Notes: generated by a model not told the origin, from the sequence alone. A stretch of DNA of 64,000 nucleotides from an uncultured Candidatus Saccharibacteria bacterium (GCA_964644035.1 CAZXUH010000001.1:67712-131711); one strand, 5' to 3'. Positions 11,070 to 21,746 are shown, numbered from the stretch's first letter. Program-made: numbers and translations.

Positions 11070-11070
11070 A

Positions 11071-12393
11071 TTAACGTTGTTCGATAATGTGTTTGATAAG
11101 TTCCTCTTCGGATACTTCACTCGTTTTCTCCGAATGCATATCTTTGAGTTTGTATTGTTTTGATGCGATTTCTGATTCGCCGACGACGATGCTAAACGGT
11201 ATGCTATCTTTCGAAGCTTTTTTTATCTGATCGCCGACTTTTTTATCGGTAATGTCGACGGCGACATTGAGTCCTTTTGATCGCAGGCTTGCAGCAAGAA
11301 TATCGATTTCTTTTTGAGTAGCGCCATCGGCTCGAGCAATATAGAGATCGGCTGTGGGTTTGTATTTAGGCAAAAGATCGCGTGTAGCGAGAAAATCTTG
11401 AAGTGTGACATCGCCCATACCAAATCCGACTGCGGGCACACGCTCACTGCCGAAGATCGATAGGAGATCGTCATAGCGTCCACCGCCAAAGAGCGAGCGG
11501 GAATTGGCGGTATTGGTATCAAAGATTTCGAAAATAACACCGGTATAGTAGTCGAAGCCTCGGGTCAGGGTAGGATCAAAAAATACATTGTCGATACCAA
11601 TAACCTTGAGCTCCTCAATCATTTTTTCAAGTTCATCGACTCCAAAAGCAATCGATCGGAAACGATCATTGATAATAGCCTTAAATTCTTTGATATTTCT
11701 TTTACCAAAAAGTTCTATGAATCCTTCGGTGTTTTCACCAAGAATTTTTTCTGCCTCGGTATTGAAGACTTCAAATGCGATTTTATTCTTTCGATCGAGC
11801 AATTTTGTCAGCGTATATCGATCTTCATCACCAAGATTGAAGACTTCAGCGAAGACGTAGTCGAGCATTTTTCTATTTGAAACACGGATCTCATAGTCGG
11901 TGTCTTTGGCACCAAATGCTTTCATGATTTCAGCCGCGACAGCAATAATTTCCTTGTCTGCTTCTAAGTGTGTGATACCAAAAATGTCTACATTGAGTTG
12001 AAAGTGTTCTCGCAGTCTGCCTTTTTGCGGTTTTTCATATCTAAAAAGATTTGGAATCGAATACCAGCGAAGAGGAAAAGGTAATTCGCGCTTTTTAGCC
12101 GCGACCATGCGGGCAACAGTTGGAGTCATTTCTGGACGGAGCGTCACGTCGCGATCGCCACGATCCTTGAAGGTATATGTCTGATCATTGACGATTTCAT
12201 CGCCCGATTTTGCCTTGTAGAGCTCGCTTGGTTCAAGAATTGATGCTCCATATTCGACATATCCGAATCGTTCCACTGACCGACGCATAGTATCGAACAT
12301 ATATTTCTGGATAAACATCTCTTCGGGGTAAAAATCTCTGACACCCTTGTAACTTTCTGTAGAAATTTCTGTATTATTGGAAGATTCATTCAT
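11071..12393 (-). CDS. hisS: Histidine-tRNA ligase
   Basis: LRPEMT, FRYEKPQKGRLREHFQ, RGFDYYTG, GGGRYD. Confidence 0.97.
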   Translation of the reverse strand: MNESSNNTEISTESYKGVRDFYPEEMFIQKYMFDTMRRSVERFGYVEYGASILEPSELYKAKSGDEIVNDQTYTFKDRGDRDVTLRPEMTPTVARMVAAKKRELPFPLRWYSIPNLFRYEKPQKGRLREHFQLNVDIFGITHLEADKEIIAVAAEIMKAFGAKDTDYEIRVSNRKMLDYVFAEVFNLGDEDRYTLTKLLDRKNKIAFEVFNTEAEKILGENTEGFIELFGKRNIKEFKAIINDRFRSIAFGVDELEKMIEELKVIGIDNVFFDPTLTRGFDYYTGVIFEIFDTNTANSRSLFGGGRYDDLLSIFGSERVPAVGFGMGDVTLQDFLATRDLLPKYKPTADLYIARADGATQKEIDILAASLRSKGLNVAVDITDKKVGDQIKKASKDSIPFSIVVGESEIASKQYKLKDMHSEKTSEVSEEELIKHIIEQR

Positions 12394-12414
12394 GTGTTAG
12401 ATTGTAGCCAAAAT

Positions 12415-13179
12415 ATGGCATTATCACAAATAGATAAGGAAATAGGCAAGGTTGGATACCTTATATTGGACAAAAAAGCCGGAGAAACACCCCTGGAAGC
12501 CCTAAATCGCCTCCGTATAGAGCGTCCGGAGCTCAAGCGCTCCAAGCTCTCATATGCAGGTCGTTTGGACCCGCTGGCCACTGGAGAGCTCTTGGTGCTT
12601 GTAGACGATGCCTGCAAGCATAAGACTGAATATATGAGGTTTGATAAGACGTATAAGATCGACGTGTTGTTTGGCATGTCGACCGATACAGGGGACGTCT
12701 TGGGCAAGATCAAGCAAGTCTTTTGCCCGGTCAATATTGATAAAAAGCAGTTTGAACAGGTAGTGACTGAAACCTCAAAGAAATTTATCGGTGAGCATCA
12801 GCAGACATTTCCAGCCTATTCTTCAAGAAATATTAAAAAGGTTCTCAACGAAGAGATTCCAGATCCAAGTGAAAAGAGAATACATATCTATTCAATAGAA
12901 AATGAAGGAGTGTCTGCGATAGATGCCAAAAAATTGCAAAAAATAATTAAAGAAAAGATAGATTCTGTTTCAGGCAATTTCAGACAAAAAGATATTTTAG
13001 AAAAATGGTCTGAATTTTTTGAAAAAAATACTCAAAAAGAATTTGTGACAGCAACACTTGTAATACATTGTTCATCGGGTACCTATATGCGTGTCCTGGC
13101 TGAAGATATTGGTAGGGAAATAGGTTTACCTGCACTTGCGCTCAATATTCGACGAGAGAAAATACATATTGCTGTATAA
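12415..13179 (+). CDS. truB: tRNA pseudouridine(55) synthase-like protein (no obvious PUA domain)
   Basis: YAGRLDPLATG, TDTGD, CSSGTYMR. Confidence 0.88.
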   Translation: MALSQIDKEIGKVGYLILDKKAGETPLEALNRLRIERPELKRSKLSYAGRLDPLATGELLVLVDDACKHKTEYMRFDKTYKIDVLFGMSTDTGDVLGKIKQVFCPVNIDKKQFEQVVTETSKKFIGEHQQTFPAYSSRNIKKVLNEEIPDPSEKRIHIYSIENEGVSAIDAKKLQKIIKEKIDSVSGNFRQKDILEKWSEFFEKNTQKEFVTATLVIHCSSGTYMRVLAEDIGREIGLPALALNIRREKIHIAV

Positions 13180-13188
13180 ATTTCTATA

Positions 13189-13219
13189 TAAAAAATCCCC
13201 CAGACAGATGTCTGGGGAA
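13189..13219. terminator. Intrinsic terminator
   Basis: TCCCCAGACA-GA-TGTCTGGGGA with A-tract on left. Confidence 0.75.
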
Positions 13220-13230
13220 TCGGAAGGGAG

Positions 13231-13581
13231 TCACTTTGGTATCGGAGCCGTCGCTTTCTTCAAGAAAGCGAAGAATTCGCTGCACTTGCTAGTATTAGGA
13301 AGGTATGCAATATCCTTCGCTAATTTGTTGATATCTCCCGACGAAAGTATGTCGCGCAGAGAAATATCCACGATTCCATCTGCGAGCATGTCGGCATCGG
13401 TCTGGTTCAGTCGTCCTTCAGAAAAAAGTTTGTTGATTCTTTGATGGACGTGCTGCTTAGAACACGCCTCTACGTCATGTGTACCATCTGCCAAGATGAT
13501 GTGGCCGTGACATCGACACGTCGAGCAAAGTTCGAATCTCACTTTTGAACGTGCCGGTGTCCGAGTCTTCGTAGTGACCAT
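13231..13581 (-). CDS. Hypothetical protein with CxxCxCH motif
   Basis: 116-aa ORF with SD AAGGAG, upstream TTGACA promoter and own terminator. Confidence 0.7.
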   Translation of the reverse strand: MVTTKTRTPARSKVRFELCSTCRCHGHIILADGTHDVEACSKQHVHQRINKLFSEGRLNQTDADMLADGIVDISLRDILSSGDINKLAKDIAYLPNTSKCSEFFAFLKKATAPIPK

Positions 13582-13684
13582 GACTACTCCTTTGTAAAAA
13601 AACGGTGCGTATAAGACCCACCATTAAGCTACATATTTAAAATACAATTGTCAATCAAAGGATATTTGGTGCATAATAAAGCAA

Positions 13685-14794
13685 ATGCCTTCCCGATTTC
13701 AGATAGTTCGAGCATGGTATGAAAAATACGAACGACGAATATCGTCGGCCTCACTCTTTGGTGGTTTCATCTTCGACACACTGACTCTGCGTCGTGTCGA
13801 CTATATATTGGAAAATCTCTGGATATGCTGTCTATTGTTCGTAGGTGGTCTGTGTATTATTTATCTCAATTATAAAGAGAAGGAATCACCAGTTGATACT
13901 GAGACGGAAGTCAGGATGCGTTTCTGGACTATTATGGTTATGCAGTTTTGTTTCGGAGGATTGTTCAGCTCATTCCTCATCTTTTATTTCCGAAGCGCGA
14001 CATTGGCACTGAGTTGGCCGTTTCTCTTACTGCTTGTCATTATTTTTGTCTCCAATGAACTCTATAAGAAGCATTATGTGCGCTTGAGCTTTCAGATCAG
14101 CATCTTTTTCTTTGCTGTCTATTCATTTTCTATATTTCTAGTGCCACTCTTTGTGCGAAGGATTGGAACACCGATATTTCTACTCAGCGGACTGATCAGT
14201 CTTATTATCTTGTCTATATTCCTCTACGCCCTCAAAAAGGCCAGTCACGAAAGATTTAAAAACAATAGAAAGATTTTGGCAGCAAGTATTGGTTCTATTT
14301 TTATAATTATCAATCTTTTATATTTTACCAATCTTATTCCACCAATTCCTCTTACACTACAAGATGTCGGCATGTATCATTTGGTAGAAAGAAATATCGA
14401 CGGTGACTATGTAGTGAGCTATGAAAAGCGAAGTACTTTGAAAAAGGTAACTGACTTTTTGAGACTTAGTGAAACATATCATCATGTACCAGGAGATAGA
14501 ATCTTTGCATACTCAGCAGTCTTTTCTCCGGCCAAGTTTGGTTTGCGTATTGTGCATCAATGGGATTATTTTGATGTTGGACAGAGGCGTTGGGTTTCGA
14601 GAGATGAAGTATCCCTGCCGATTGTCGGTGGACGCGATGGTGGCTTCAGAGCCTATTCGCTTAAAACAACGATTGAACCAGGACTCTGGAGAGTCAGGAT
14701 TCTCACTGAAAATGGACAAGAAATCGGCCGAGTGAAATTTAGACTCATACAAACAGATACTGCTCCAGCAATCGAGAAGGAAGTAAAGAAATAA
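13685..14794 (+). CDS. Multi-pass membrane protein with C-terminal DUF2914-like domain
   Basis: about 7 TMs; C-terminal I.H.W, GGRDGGFRAYS.K, PG.WRV. Confidence 0.8.
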   Translation: MPSRFQIVRAWYEKYERRISSASLFGGFIFDTLTLRRVDYILENLWICCLLFVGGLCIIYLNYKEKESPVDTETEVRMRFWTIMVMQFCFGGLFSSFLIFYFRSATLALSWPFLLLLVIIFVSNELYKKHYVRLSFQISIFFFAVYSFSIFLVPLFVRRIGTPIFLLSGLISLIILSIFLYALKKASHERFKNNRKILAASIGSIFIIINLLYFTNLIPPIPLTLQDVGMYHLVERNIDGDYVVSYEKRSTLKKVTDFLRLSETYHHVPGDRIFAYSAVFSPAKFGLRIVHQWDYFDVGQRRWVSRDEVSLPIVGGRDGGFRAYSLKTTIEPGLWRVRILTENGQEIGRVKFRLIQTDTAPAIEKEVKK

Positions 14795-14900
14795 AATAGA
14801 TAAAAAGAGTTGTACACAGTCTGATCGAAGAAACATTTTAGAGTTTTTATTTGCGCTATAATGTAACCATTAGGTCGTATTAATCAACGGCTTCATATAT

Positions 14901-15137
14901 ATGAAAAAATTACACACGCTTACATTCATCCTCCTCGCAATTGGAGGCGTGAATTGGCTTTTGGTTGGTTTGTTTGGTTGGGATGTCGGTGCTTTGTTTG
15001 GTGGAATGTCAGCTCCACTTTCTCGCATCATTTACGTTCTTGTCGGTGTTTCAGCTATCTACGAAATCGCAACTCACAAAAAGAATTGTGGCGAATGCGG
15101 AAAGGGCGGATCAATGTCGTCATCAATGCCAATGTAG
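14901..15137 (+). CDS. DUF378-family small membrane protein
   Basis: IGGVNWLLVGLF, IIYVLVGVSA. Confidence 0.88.
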   Translation: MKKLHTLTFILLAIGGVNWLLVGLFGWDVGALFGGMSAPLSRIIYVLVGVSAIYEIATHKKNCGECGKGGSMSSSMPM

Positions 15138-15160
15138 GCACACGTCTCGTTGGTATATGC

Positions 15161-15186
15161 AAAAACTCTCCGATTGGAGAGTTTTT
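15161..15186. terminator. Bidirectional intrinsic terminator
   Basis: AAAAACTCTCC-GATT-GGAGAGTTTTT. Confidence 0.85.
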
Positions 15187-15189
15187 GTT

Positions 15190-16974
15190 TTATGCCTTTC
15201 GTCCAGCTTTGTCTCGAGCTGATTTTGTAAGATGTTGTTTGCGTAGTCGCACTGAGATAGGAGTGATTTCAATATATTCGTCGTCTTGCATGATTTCCAT
15301 GGCGCGTTCGATAGAAAGTTTCCAAGCAGGTGTAAGATAAATACCTTCGTCCGATCCAGAAGCACGCATGTTGGTAAGCTGCTTACCCTTGGTTGGGTTT
15401 ACATACAAATCATCGCCTTTGGTAACGTTACCGACAATCATGCCTTCATACACTTCATCTCCAGGTGAGACATAGAGCATGCCGCGCTGTTGGAGATTGT
15501 CGAGAGAGAAAGCGAGCACCTTGCCAGCTTCCATAGATATCATGGCGCCAAGCGATGTGTGAGCGATTTCACCAGCATATGGTCGGAATTCCATAAACCG
15601 ACTTGAGAAAATACCTTCACCTTTAGTATCGACGACAAATTGTCCACGATACCCAAGAAGTCCGCGAGTTGGTGCTTCGAAAATAAGTCGGACAGTGTTT
15701 CCGTGATCCTGCTTCATATTGGTCATGATTGCTTTTCTCGATGAAAGCTTTTGAATGACAGAACTTTCGAGTCCAGCTGGGACGTCGATAATGACTTCTT
15801 CATATGGTTCCATTTTCTGACCATTTTCTTCCTTGATGATGACGTGTGGTTGAGAGACCTGCATTTCAAATCCTTCTCGGCGCATATTTTCGAGCAAAAT
15901 AGCAATGTGCAATTCTCCACGACCAAAGACTTTGTACGATTCGCCAGTAAAATCTACTTTGAGACCAACGTTGATTTCCATTTCCTTTTCAAGGCGTTCT
16001 CTGATCTGTCGTCCAGTGACAAATTTTCCTTCTTTGCCAGCAAAAGGCGAGTCGTTGACAAGAAAGTTGAGCGAGATAGTAGGTTCGTCGATTTTGATAG
16101 CAGGGAGTGGTGTAGCATCGGCAGTCGCAGATACTGTTTCACCGATATAAATTTCTGGAAGACCAGCAAGCATGACGATATCACCAGCAGAAACTTCAGG
16201 CACTTCTTTTTTCGTCACACCCTCAAAGGTGTAGAGCTTTGTAAGACGACCAGAAATCATTTTGCCATCTGGATGTTTGGCATAGACCATTGAACCGTCT
16301 TTGATCGTACCGCTATACACTCGGCAGACAGCCAAGCGACCGAGGAAGTTGTCATATCCAAGATTGAATACTTGCATAGCAAGAGGTTTGTCGAGATCTT
16401 TTGATGCTACGGGTACTTGTTCGAGAATAATATCAAGGAGGGGATTGAGATTGTCTGATGTATCTTCAAGATTTTTCTTAGCAATACCCTGACGACCGAT
16501 TGCATAGACGACCGTAAAGTCGAGTTGATCGTTGGTTGCACCAAGGTCGATGAAAAGTTCAAGGACCTGATCGTGCACGAGGGCAGGATTGGCAGCTGGC
16601 TTGTCGATTTTATTGATAACAACAATAGGCTTAAGTCCGAGTTCGAGAGATTTCTTCAATACGAAACGTGTCTGAGGCATAGGACCTTCCTGAGCGTCAA
16701 CGATAAGAAGCACGGAGTCGATCGATCGAAGTACACGTTCTACTTCAGAACCGAAGTCAGCGTGACCGGGTGTGTCAACGATATTGATCTTGGTATCTTT
16801 GTAAAAAACAGACGTATTTTTGGCATAAATCGTAATACCACGCTCTTGTTCGAGCTTGTTGGAGTCCATGGTTACACCTTCCTCAACCATGCCGGTCTGG
16901 CGCATGATAGCGTCGGTAAGAGTCGTCTTTCCGTGGTCGACGTGAGCGATAATAGCGATATTGCGAATTTCCAT
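15190..16974 (-). CDS. typA: Translational GTPase TypA/BipA
   Basis: RNIAIIAHVDHGKTT, DTPGHADF, GRGELHI, KQLTNMRASGSD. Confidence 0.98.
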   Translation of the reverse strand: MEIRNIAIIAHVDHGKTTLTDAIMRQTGMVEEGVTMDSNKLEQERGITIYAKNTSVFYKDTKINIVDTPGHADFGSEVERVLRSIDSVLLIVDAQEGPMPQTRFVLKKSLELGLKPIVVINKIDKPAANPALVHDQVLELFIDLGATNDQLDFTVVYAIGRQGIAKKNLEDTSDNLNPLLDIILEQVPVASKDLDKPLAMQVFNLGYDNFLGRLAVCRVYSGTIKDGSMVYAKHPDGKMISGRLTKLYTFEGVTKKEVPEVSAGDIVMLAGLPEIYIGETVSATADATPLPAIKIDEPTISLNFLVNDSPFAGKEGKFVTGRQIRERLEKEMEINVGLKVDFTGESYKVFGRGELHIAILLENMRREGFEMQVSQPHVIIKEENGQKMEPYEEVIIDVPAGLESSVIQKLSSRKAIMTNMKQDHGNTVRLIFEAPTRGLLGYRGQFVVDTKGEGIFSSRFMEFRPYAGEIAHTSLGAMISMEAGKVLAFSLDNLQQRGMLYVSPGDEVYEGMIVGNVTKGDDLYVNPTKGKQLTNMRASGSDEGIYLTPAWKLSIERAMEIMQDDEYIEITPISVRLRKQHLTKSARDKAGRKA

Positions 16975-17114
16975 TTTTAGTAATATTTAAACCCGCCGTG
17001 GGCGGGCCAGGAAGGTCATTAAAGCAAGAAAAAGCATATTTGTCAAAGTGTATAGGGGAGAAGCCTGTGGTAAGCTGCCCGAAGATCCGAAATTTAACAA
17101 AGAAAGGAGGTCAT

Positions 17115-17822
17115 ATGACTCTCTTTAGGAAGTGGTTTGGCAAGATCAATCAGTCTCCGATACCTCTGTCAGTCGCTATCGATATTCTTGGAAAAAAGAA
17201 CGTCATTAGTGCCAATGAGGTTTCTCAAGCATGGCGCACTACGGTTAGTGACGGCATGGTGCCGTACTCAGTTGCTATGCTTGAGCACGCTGCTGAAAAA
17301 AACAGGAGTTTGAAGTATAAATTCCATCTTTTTCGCAGCGTTGGTTTTGATCTCAAGAATCTGCTTGATCAGAAATCGGACAAAAAGGATTCCGACTTTG
17401 TCCGATGTTTCTCATCGATGGAGGAACAAATTCTTGGAATGAATAGAGAAGATCTTGTGCATGTAGATTCACAATACATGCTCATGGACTTCACTCTTCA
17501 TGGTGTTGGTAAATCTTGGGACAAGCAACAAAAAATGCTTGCCACCAAGGCGCTTAGTGGTTTTGATCGAGCACCAGCATCATTGGTTGCAGAAGCAGTA
17601 CGTACGGCTTTTATAACCAGGGGAATCTGTCTTCTTCCAGGAGGTACTCATTTTGGAGAGTTGGTTGCTAGTCCGACATCTCTTGATGGGGAAAAATTTC
17701 CCCTCAGGATCTGTCACTCCAAGGAAGGTGTCTCCACTCTGATGTGTCTTTCGATTTCTCCTGAAACAAATTTTCCAAACAGTGGAATGTTTGTCATTCG
17801 AACTCCGAAAATCAGGAAGTAG
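17115..17822 (+). CDS. Hypothetical protein
   Basis: ORF preceded by AAAGGAGG, followed by terminator at 17821-17853. Confidence 0.7.
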   Translation: MTLFRKWFGKINQSPIPLSVAIDILGKKNVISANEVSQAWRTTVSDGMVPYSVAMLEHAAEKNRSLKYKFHLFRSVGFDLKNLLDQKSDKKDSDFVRCFSSMEEQILGMNREDLVHVDSQYMLMDFTLHGVGKSWDKQQKMLATKALSGFDRAPASLVAEAVRTAFITRGICLLPGGTHFGELVASPTSLDGEKFPLRICHSKEGVSTLMCLSISPETNFPNSGMFVIRTPKIRK

Positions 17823-17865
17823 ACTCCAGTATGTATTGCTGGAGTCTTTTTTTATGTACCACTAT

Positions 17866-19788
17866 TTACACTAAAGCGTAATCGAGTGTTCGAGTTTCGA
17901 GATTGGCGGCAATGACTTTGAATTTCACTTCATCACCAAGAGATATTTTTTTCTTTGTGCGAGTACCAACAACTCGAAATAGTTTTTCTTCAAACATATA
18001 TTTGTCGTCGCGCATTTCTTTGAGTCTGACAAGTCCTTCGCACTTTGTTTCTTTTTCTTCAATAAAAATGCCCCATTCGGTTACGCCGGTAACAATACCC
18101 TCAAATTCCTGACCGATAAATTTGCTCATATACTCTACCTGCTTGTACTTAATAGACGTGCGTTCTGCATCTGCTGCAGCAATTTCTTTTTCTGTAGAAT
18201 GCGTAGCAATATTTTCAAGTCGTGCAATTTCATGCTTCGCTTCTTTCTTATTGTCGGTAAGCACTGCGTCCATTAGGCGATGTACTTCGAGATCGGGATA
18301 GCGACGAATAGGGGAAGTAAAATGTGTGTAATATTCAAATGCCAAACCAAAATGACCGGTATTGCTCGTCGCATAGATGGCTTTGGCCATTGAGCGAATG
18401 GTCGCAGTCTTGAGTAGTGATTCTTCTGGAGTGCCAGCAATTTTTTCTAGTAGGCGGGTAATATCTTTTGCGGTTTGAATCTTTTTAATATCGTAGCCAA
18501 GTGCTTTGTAGAGCATGGCAAGATCAGCGAGACGATCTTCGGCAGGGCTCGCATGGACGCGATAGATTCCTTTCATATTCTGCTTCTCATGAGCCTTTGA
18601 AAGGAATGCTGCTACTTCTCTATTGGCCAGCAACATAAAATCTTCGACAAGTTTGTGTGTGTCTCCACGAATTTTCTTTACTACCTTGATCGGTACGCCT
18701 TGTGCATCGAGGACAAATTTGACTTCTTCGGTATCAAAATCGATTGCTCCGCCTTCGAACTTCTTTTCTCGCAGTTTGTACGCAAGTTTATTGAGCGTGA
18801 ACATTTCTTCTTTAAAAATATCCGATTTGCCATCGAGAACATCCTGCGCACCTTCATAGCTGAAGCGATGGTGGGAATTGATAATCGATTTTCCAAACCA
18901 GCGTGAAGAAATATCACCATTGCTATTCATTTCAAACACAGCAGAGAAGGTGCGGCGCTCTTCTTTTGGATTGAGACTGCACAAATCATTGGAAAGAATT
19001 TCCGGAAGCATGGGAACAACTCTATCCACCATATATATCGATGTGGCACGACTAAGCGCTTCGTCATCGAGTGCGGTACCTGGTCGTACATAGTGAGAAA
19101 CGTCGGCAATATGTACTCCGACTTCGTACAGATCATCGCCAATCTTTTTGAGAGAAATAGCATCGTCAAAATCTTTGGCATCGATCGGGTCGATAGTAAA
19201 AGTAGGGATTGCGCTAAAGTCTCGGCGAGACTTTTTTTCTTCAGTCGAAATAATACGCTGCTCTTTGTCGATCTTTTTTGCTTCGGCAAGCACAGCATCG
19301 GGGAAATCTTCTGGTACGCCCTTGTCGAGCATGATCGATTGCATTTCTACTTCATGCTCACCACGATTGCCGATGATTTTAAGTGTATGAATGTAGGGAA
19401 GTGGCATGCCTTTTTCCCACTTTTCAAACTCCACAAGAGCTTTTTTATTGATCATGGCCACATCTTGCTCTTCTTTGGGCAAGGCCATGGGTACGTAGAT
19501 ACGATGGTCGTCGGCTTTGAAAATAACATTACCTTCTTCTTGAAGAATCGTACCGACAAACTGTGTTCGAGCGCGTTCGACTATTTTGACGACCTGACCT
19601 TCTTTTTCACCATATTTATTTTTCTCTGAAGTAACGATGTATTCGACTTTGTCTCCAGGGAGAGCGGTGTTGACGTATTCAGGCAAAATAACCGTCCGGC
19701 TGGCATTTCTAATGCCTATATCCTTTTCATCTGTGACGTATCCATAGCCCTTGCCATTGGTACTTATTGTGCCGATTTTGTTTTTCAT
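17866..19788 (-). CDS. rnr: Ribonuclease R (RNB family)
   Basis: TIDPIDAKDFDDA, HFTSPIRRYPD, C-terminal S1. Confidence 0.95.
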   Translation of the reverse strand: MKNKIGTISTNGKGYGYVTDEKDIGIRNASRTVILPEYVNTALPGDKVEYIVTSEKNKYGEKEGQVVKIVERARTQFVGTILQEEGNVIFKADDHRIYVPMALPKEEQDVAMINKKALVEFEKWEKGMPLPYIHTLKIIGNRGEHEVEMQSIMLDKGVPEDFPDAVLAEAKKIDKEQRIISTEEKKSRRDFSAIPTFTIDPIDAKDFDDAISLKKIGDDLYEVGVHIADVSHYVRPGTALDDEALSRATSIYMVDRVVPMLPEILSNDLCSLNPKEERRTFSAVFEMNSNGDISSRWFGKSIINSHHRFSYEGAQDVLDGKSDIFKEEMFTLNKLAYKLREKKFEGGAIDFDTEEVKFVLDAQGVPIKVVKKIRGDTHKLVEDFMLLANREVAAFLSKAHEKQNMKGIYRVHASPAEDRLADLAMLYKALGYDIKKIQTAKDITRLLEKIAGTPEESLLKTATIRSMAKAIYATSNTGHFGLAFEYYTHFTSPIRRYPDLEVHRLMDAVLTDNKKEAKHEIARLENIATHSTEKEIAAADAERTSIKYKQVEYMSKFIGQEFEGIVTGVTEWGIFIEEKETKCEGLVRLKEMRDDKYMFEEKLFRVVGTRTKKKISLGDEVKFKVIAANLETRTLDYALV

Positions 19789-19854
19789 TGCTTGGACTAT
19801 AACAAAATACCTGGATATTGACCATCTATCGTTTTTCTGCTACCATAGCTACCT

Positions 19855-20217
19855 ATGTTAATGATTCGATTACAAAGAACCGGACGCAAGCACGAGCCTA
19901 CTTTTAGGCTTGTAGTCACAGATTCCAAGAACAGCACGAAAAGCGGCAAATACCTAAAAGTACTTGGTTCTTACGATTCTCGTCGCAAAGACCAGGCAGT
20001 TATCCGAACTGATGAAGTAAAGGAATGGATTTCAAAGGGTGCTCAGCTTTCTGATACTGTTCACAACCTCCTTATCACTCGCAAAGTCATCACAGGTAAG
20101 AAAATCAACGTTCTTCCTAAGAAAACTCCAATAAAGAAAGAGACAACAGAAGCTCCAGCAGCACCCGCAGCCCCCGAAGCTGAAGCACCTGCACCCGCAG
20201 CAGAAACAGTCGCGTAA
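19855..20217 (+). CDS. rpsP: 30S ribosomal protein bS16
   Basis: IRLQRTGRK..FRLVV.DS, GAQLSDTV. Confidence 0.96.
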   Translation: MLMIRLQRTGRKHEPTFRLVVTDSKNSTKSGKYLKVLGSYDSRRKDQAVIRTDEVKEWISKGAQLSDTVHNLLITRKVITGKKINVLPKKTPIKKETTEAPAAPAAPEAEAPAPAAETVA

Positions 20218-20304
20218 TATTCTCCACAGTTACGCTTTGACCGTGTTAACAAAGAAACATGGCGTGTTACAATTAATACTTAGTTACTAAAGTAATTTAC
20301 AATC

Positions 20305-20610
20305 ATGGATACCGATCAGAAGTTTCTTGAAAGCGTGATCACTTCGCTTGTAGACAATCCAACTGACGTCAAAATAGTCCGAACCGTCGACGAAATGGGA
20401 GTACTCCTCACGCTTACCGTCAATCCAGCAGATATGGGCAAAATCATCGGCCGAGCAGGCAATACCGCCAAGGCTATCCGTACGCTTTTGCGCGTTGTCG
20501 GTATGAAAAACAATGCCCGCGTCAATCTCAAGATCAATGAACCAGAAGGTTCAGAGAAAGGTTCGTCAATCAAGACGGTAGACGAAGCAATGGCTGATCT
20601 GTCACTTTAG
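20305..20610 (+). CDS. khpA: KH-domain RNA-binding protein KhpA
   Basis: DMGKIIGRAGNTAKAIRTLL; located between rpsP and trmD. Confidence 0.9.
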   Translation: MDTDQKFLESVITSLVDNPTDVKIVRTVDEMGVLLTLTVNPADMGKIIGRAGNTAKAIRTLLRVVGMKNNARVNLKINEPEGSEKGSSIKTVDEAMADLSL

Positions 20611-20649
20611 TCTTCCTCCCCAGTCCCTTTCTAAAGAAGAGGGAAGCTC

Positions 20650-21306
20650 ATGAATTACCATATCATTACTCTTTTTCCAGATTCTCTCGATTCATATCTC
20701 AAAGAATCGATTATTAAACGTGCTATTGAAGACAAGAAAATAAAAGTTTCTTTCTATAATCCTCGCGACTATGCCGACAATAAACACGATCGCATTGATC
20801 GCAAGCCTTATGGCGGCGGTCCAGGTATGGTCATACAAGCCGAACCCGTGATTAAAGCCATTGAGGAAGCTCTTTCTGCTGCTAAAAAAAGAAAATCAGG
20901 AAAAATAAAAACTCGTATTATTTTTCTTTCACCGCAAGGAAAGCAATTTGATACAGCCTATGCAAAATCCGCTGCAAAAAAGTATACAGATATTATTGTT
21001 GTCTGCGGAAGATATGAAGGAATAGATGCTCGGGTCAAAAAAATATTTAAAATGGAAAATGTCTCTGTCGGACCGTTTGTGCTTACTGGCGGAGAGCTCG
21101 GCGCTATGCTTCTTATTGACTCTATCTCTCGTCAGGTCAAGGGCGTGCTTGGTCATATCGAATCACTCGAGGAATCGAGGATAGCAAGTAGTGATGTCTA
21201 TACTCGGCCGGAGGTGTTTACCTATAAAAAGAAAAAATATAAGGTTCCCAATGTATTGCTTTCGGGAGATCACAAAAAAATAGACGATTGGCGGGCAGGG
21301 CACTAA
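20650..21306 (+). CDS. trmD: tRNA (guanine37-N1)-methyltransferase
   Basis: PYGGGPGMV, CGRYEGID, VLTGGE, LLSGDH. Confidence 0.97.
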   Translation: MNYHIITLFPDSLDSYLKESIIKRAIEDKKIKVSFYNPRDYADNKHDRIDRKPYGGGPGMVIQAEPVIKAIEEALSAAKKRKSGKIKTRIIFLSPQGKQFDTAYAKSAAKKYTDIIVVCGRYEGIDARVKKIFKMENVSVGPFVLTGGELGAMLLIDSISRQVKGVLGHIESLEESRIASSDVYTRPEVFTYKKKKYKVPNVLLSGDHKKIDDWRAGH

Positions 21307-21385
21307 GATTTTATTATTTTTTGAGCGTTTCTTCATAGTGCTTTTGCCATACTTGTGTGATTAAAAATAAATCACATATTGTTGC

Positions 21386-21733
21386 ATGGATAAAAAATAT
21401 TTTGATGAGCACTTTTCCTCCTTGAGGAAAGATATGTTTAGTGAGTTTCAAAAAATAGATAAGAGATTTAAAAAGATAGACAGTCGATTTAAAAAAATAG
21501 ATGGCCGTATTGAGAAAATGGAAAATCGGTTTGAGAGGATGGATGGTCGACTTGATAAAATGGATAGTAGATTCGATCGTCTTGAAACTCGTTTCGATGT
21601 TTTAGAAGGAAAATTTAGTGTAATGCAATCGGATATATCGGTGATTAAAAATGAAATTGCTGATCAAGGCGACAATATTGTGATTTTAATGCAAAATGCT
21701 GTGCATAAAAAGGAGCTGGTAAAGTTGCCATAA
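21386..21733 (+). CDS. Heptad-repeat coiled-coil hypothetical protein
   Basis: about 7 tandem D/E-x-R-F/I/L heptads. Confidence 0.65.
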   Translation: MDKKYFDEHFSSLRKDMFSEFQKIDKRFKKIDSRFKKIDGRIEKMENRFERMDGRLDKMDSRFDRLETRFDVLEGKFSVMQSDISVIKNEIADQGDNIVILMQNAVHKKELVKLP

Positions 21734-21734
21734 T

Positions 21735-21745
21735 TGTGGTATAAT
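21735..21745 (+). promoter_or_regulatory. Extended -10 promoter for rnpB
   Basis: TGTGGTATAAT immediately 5' of RNase P RNA. Confidence 0.7.
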
Positions 21746-21746
21746 A

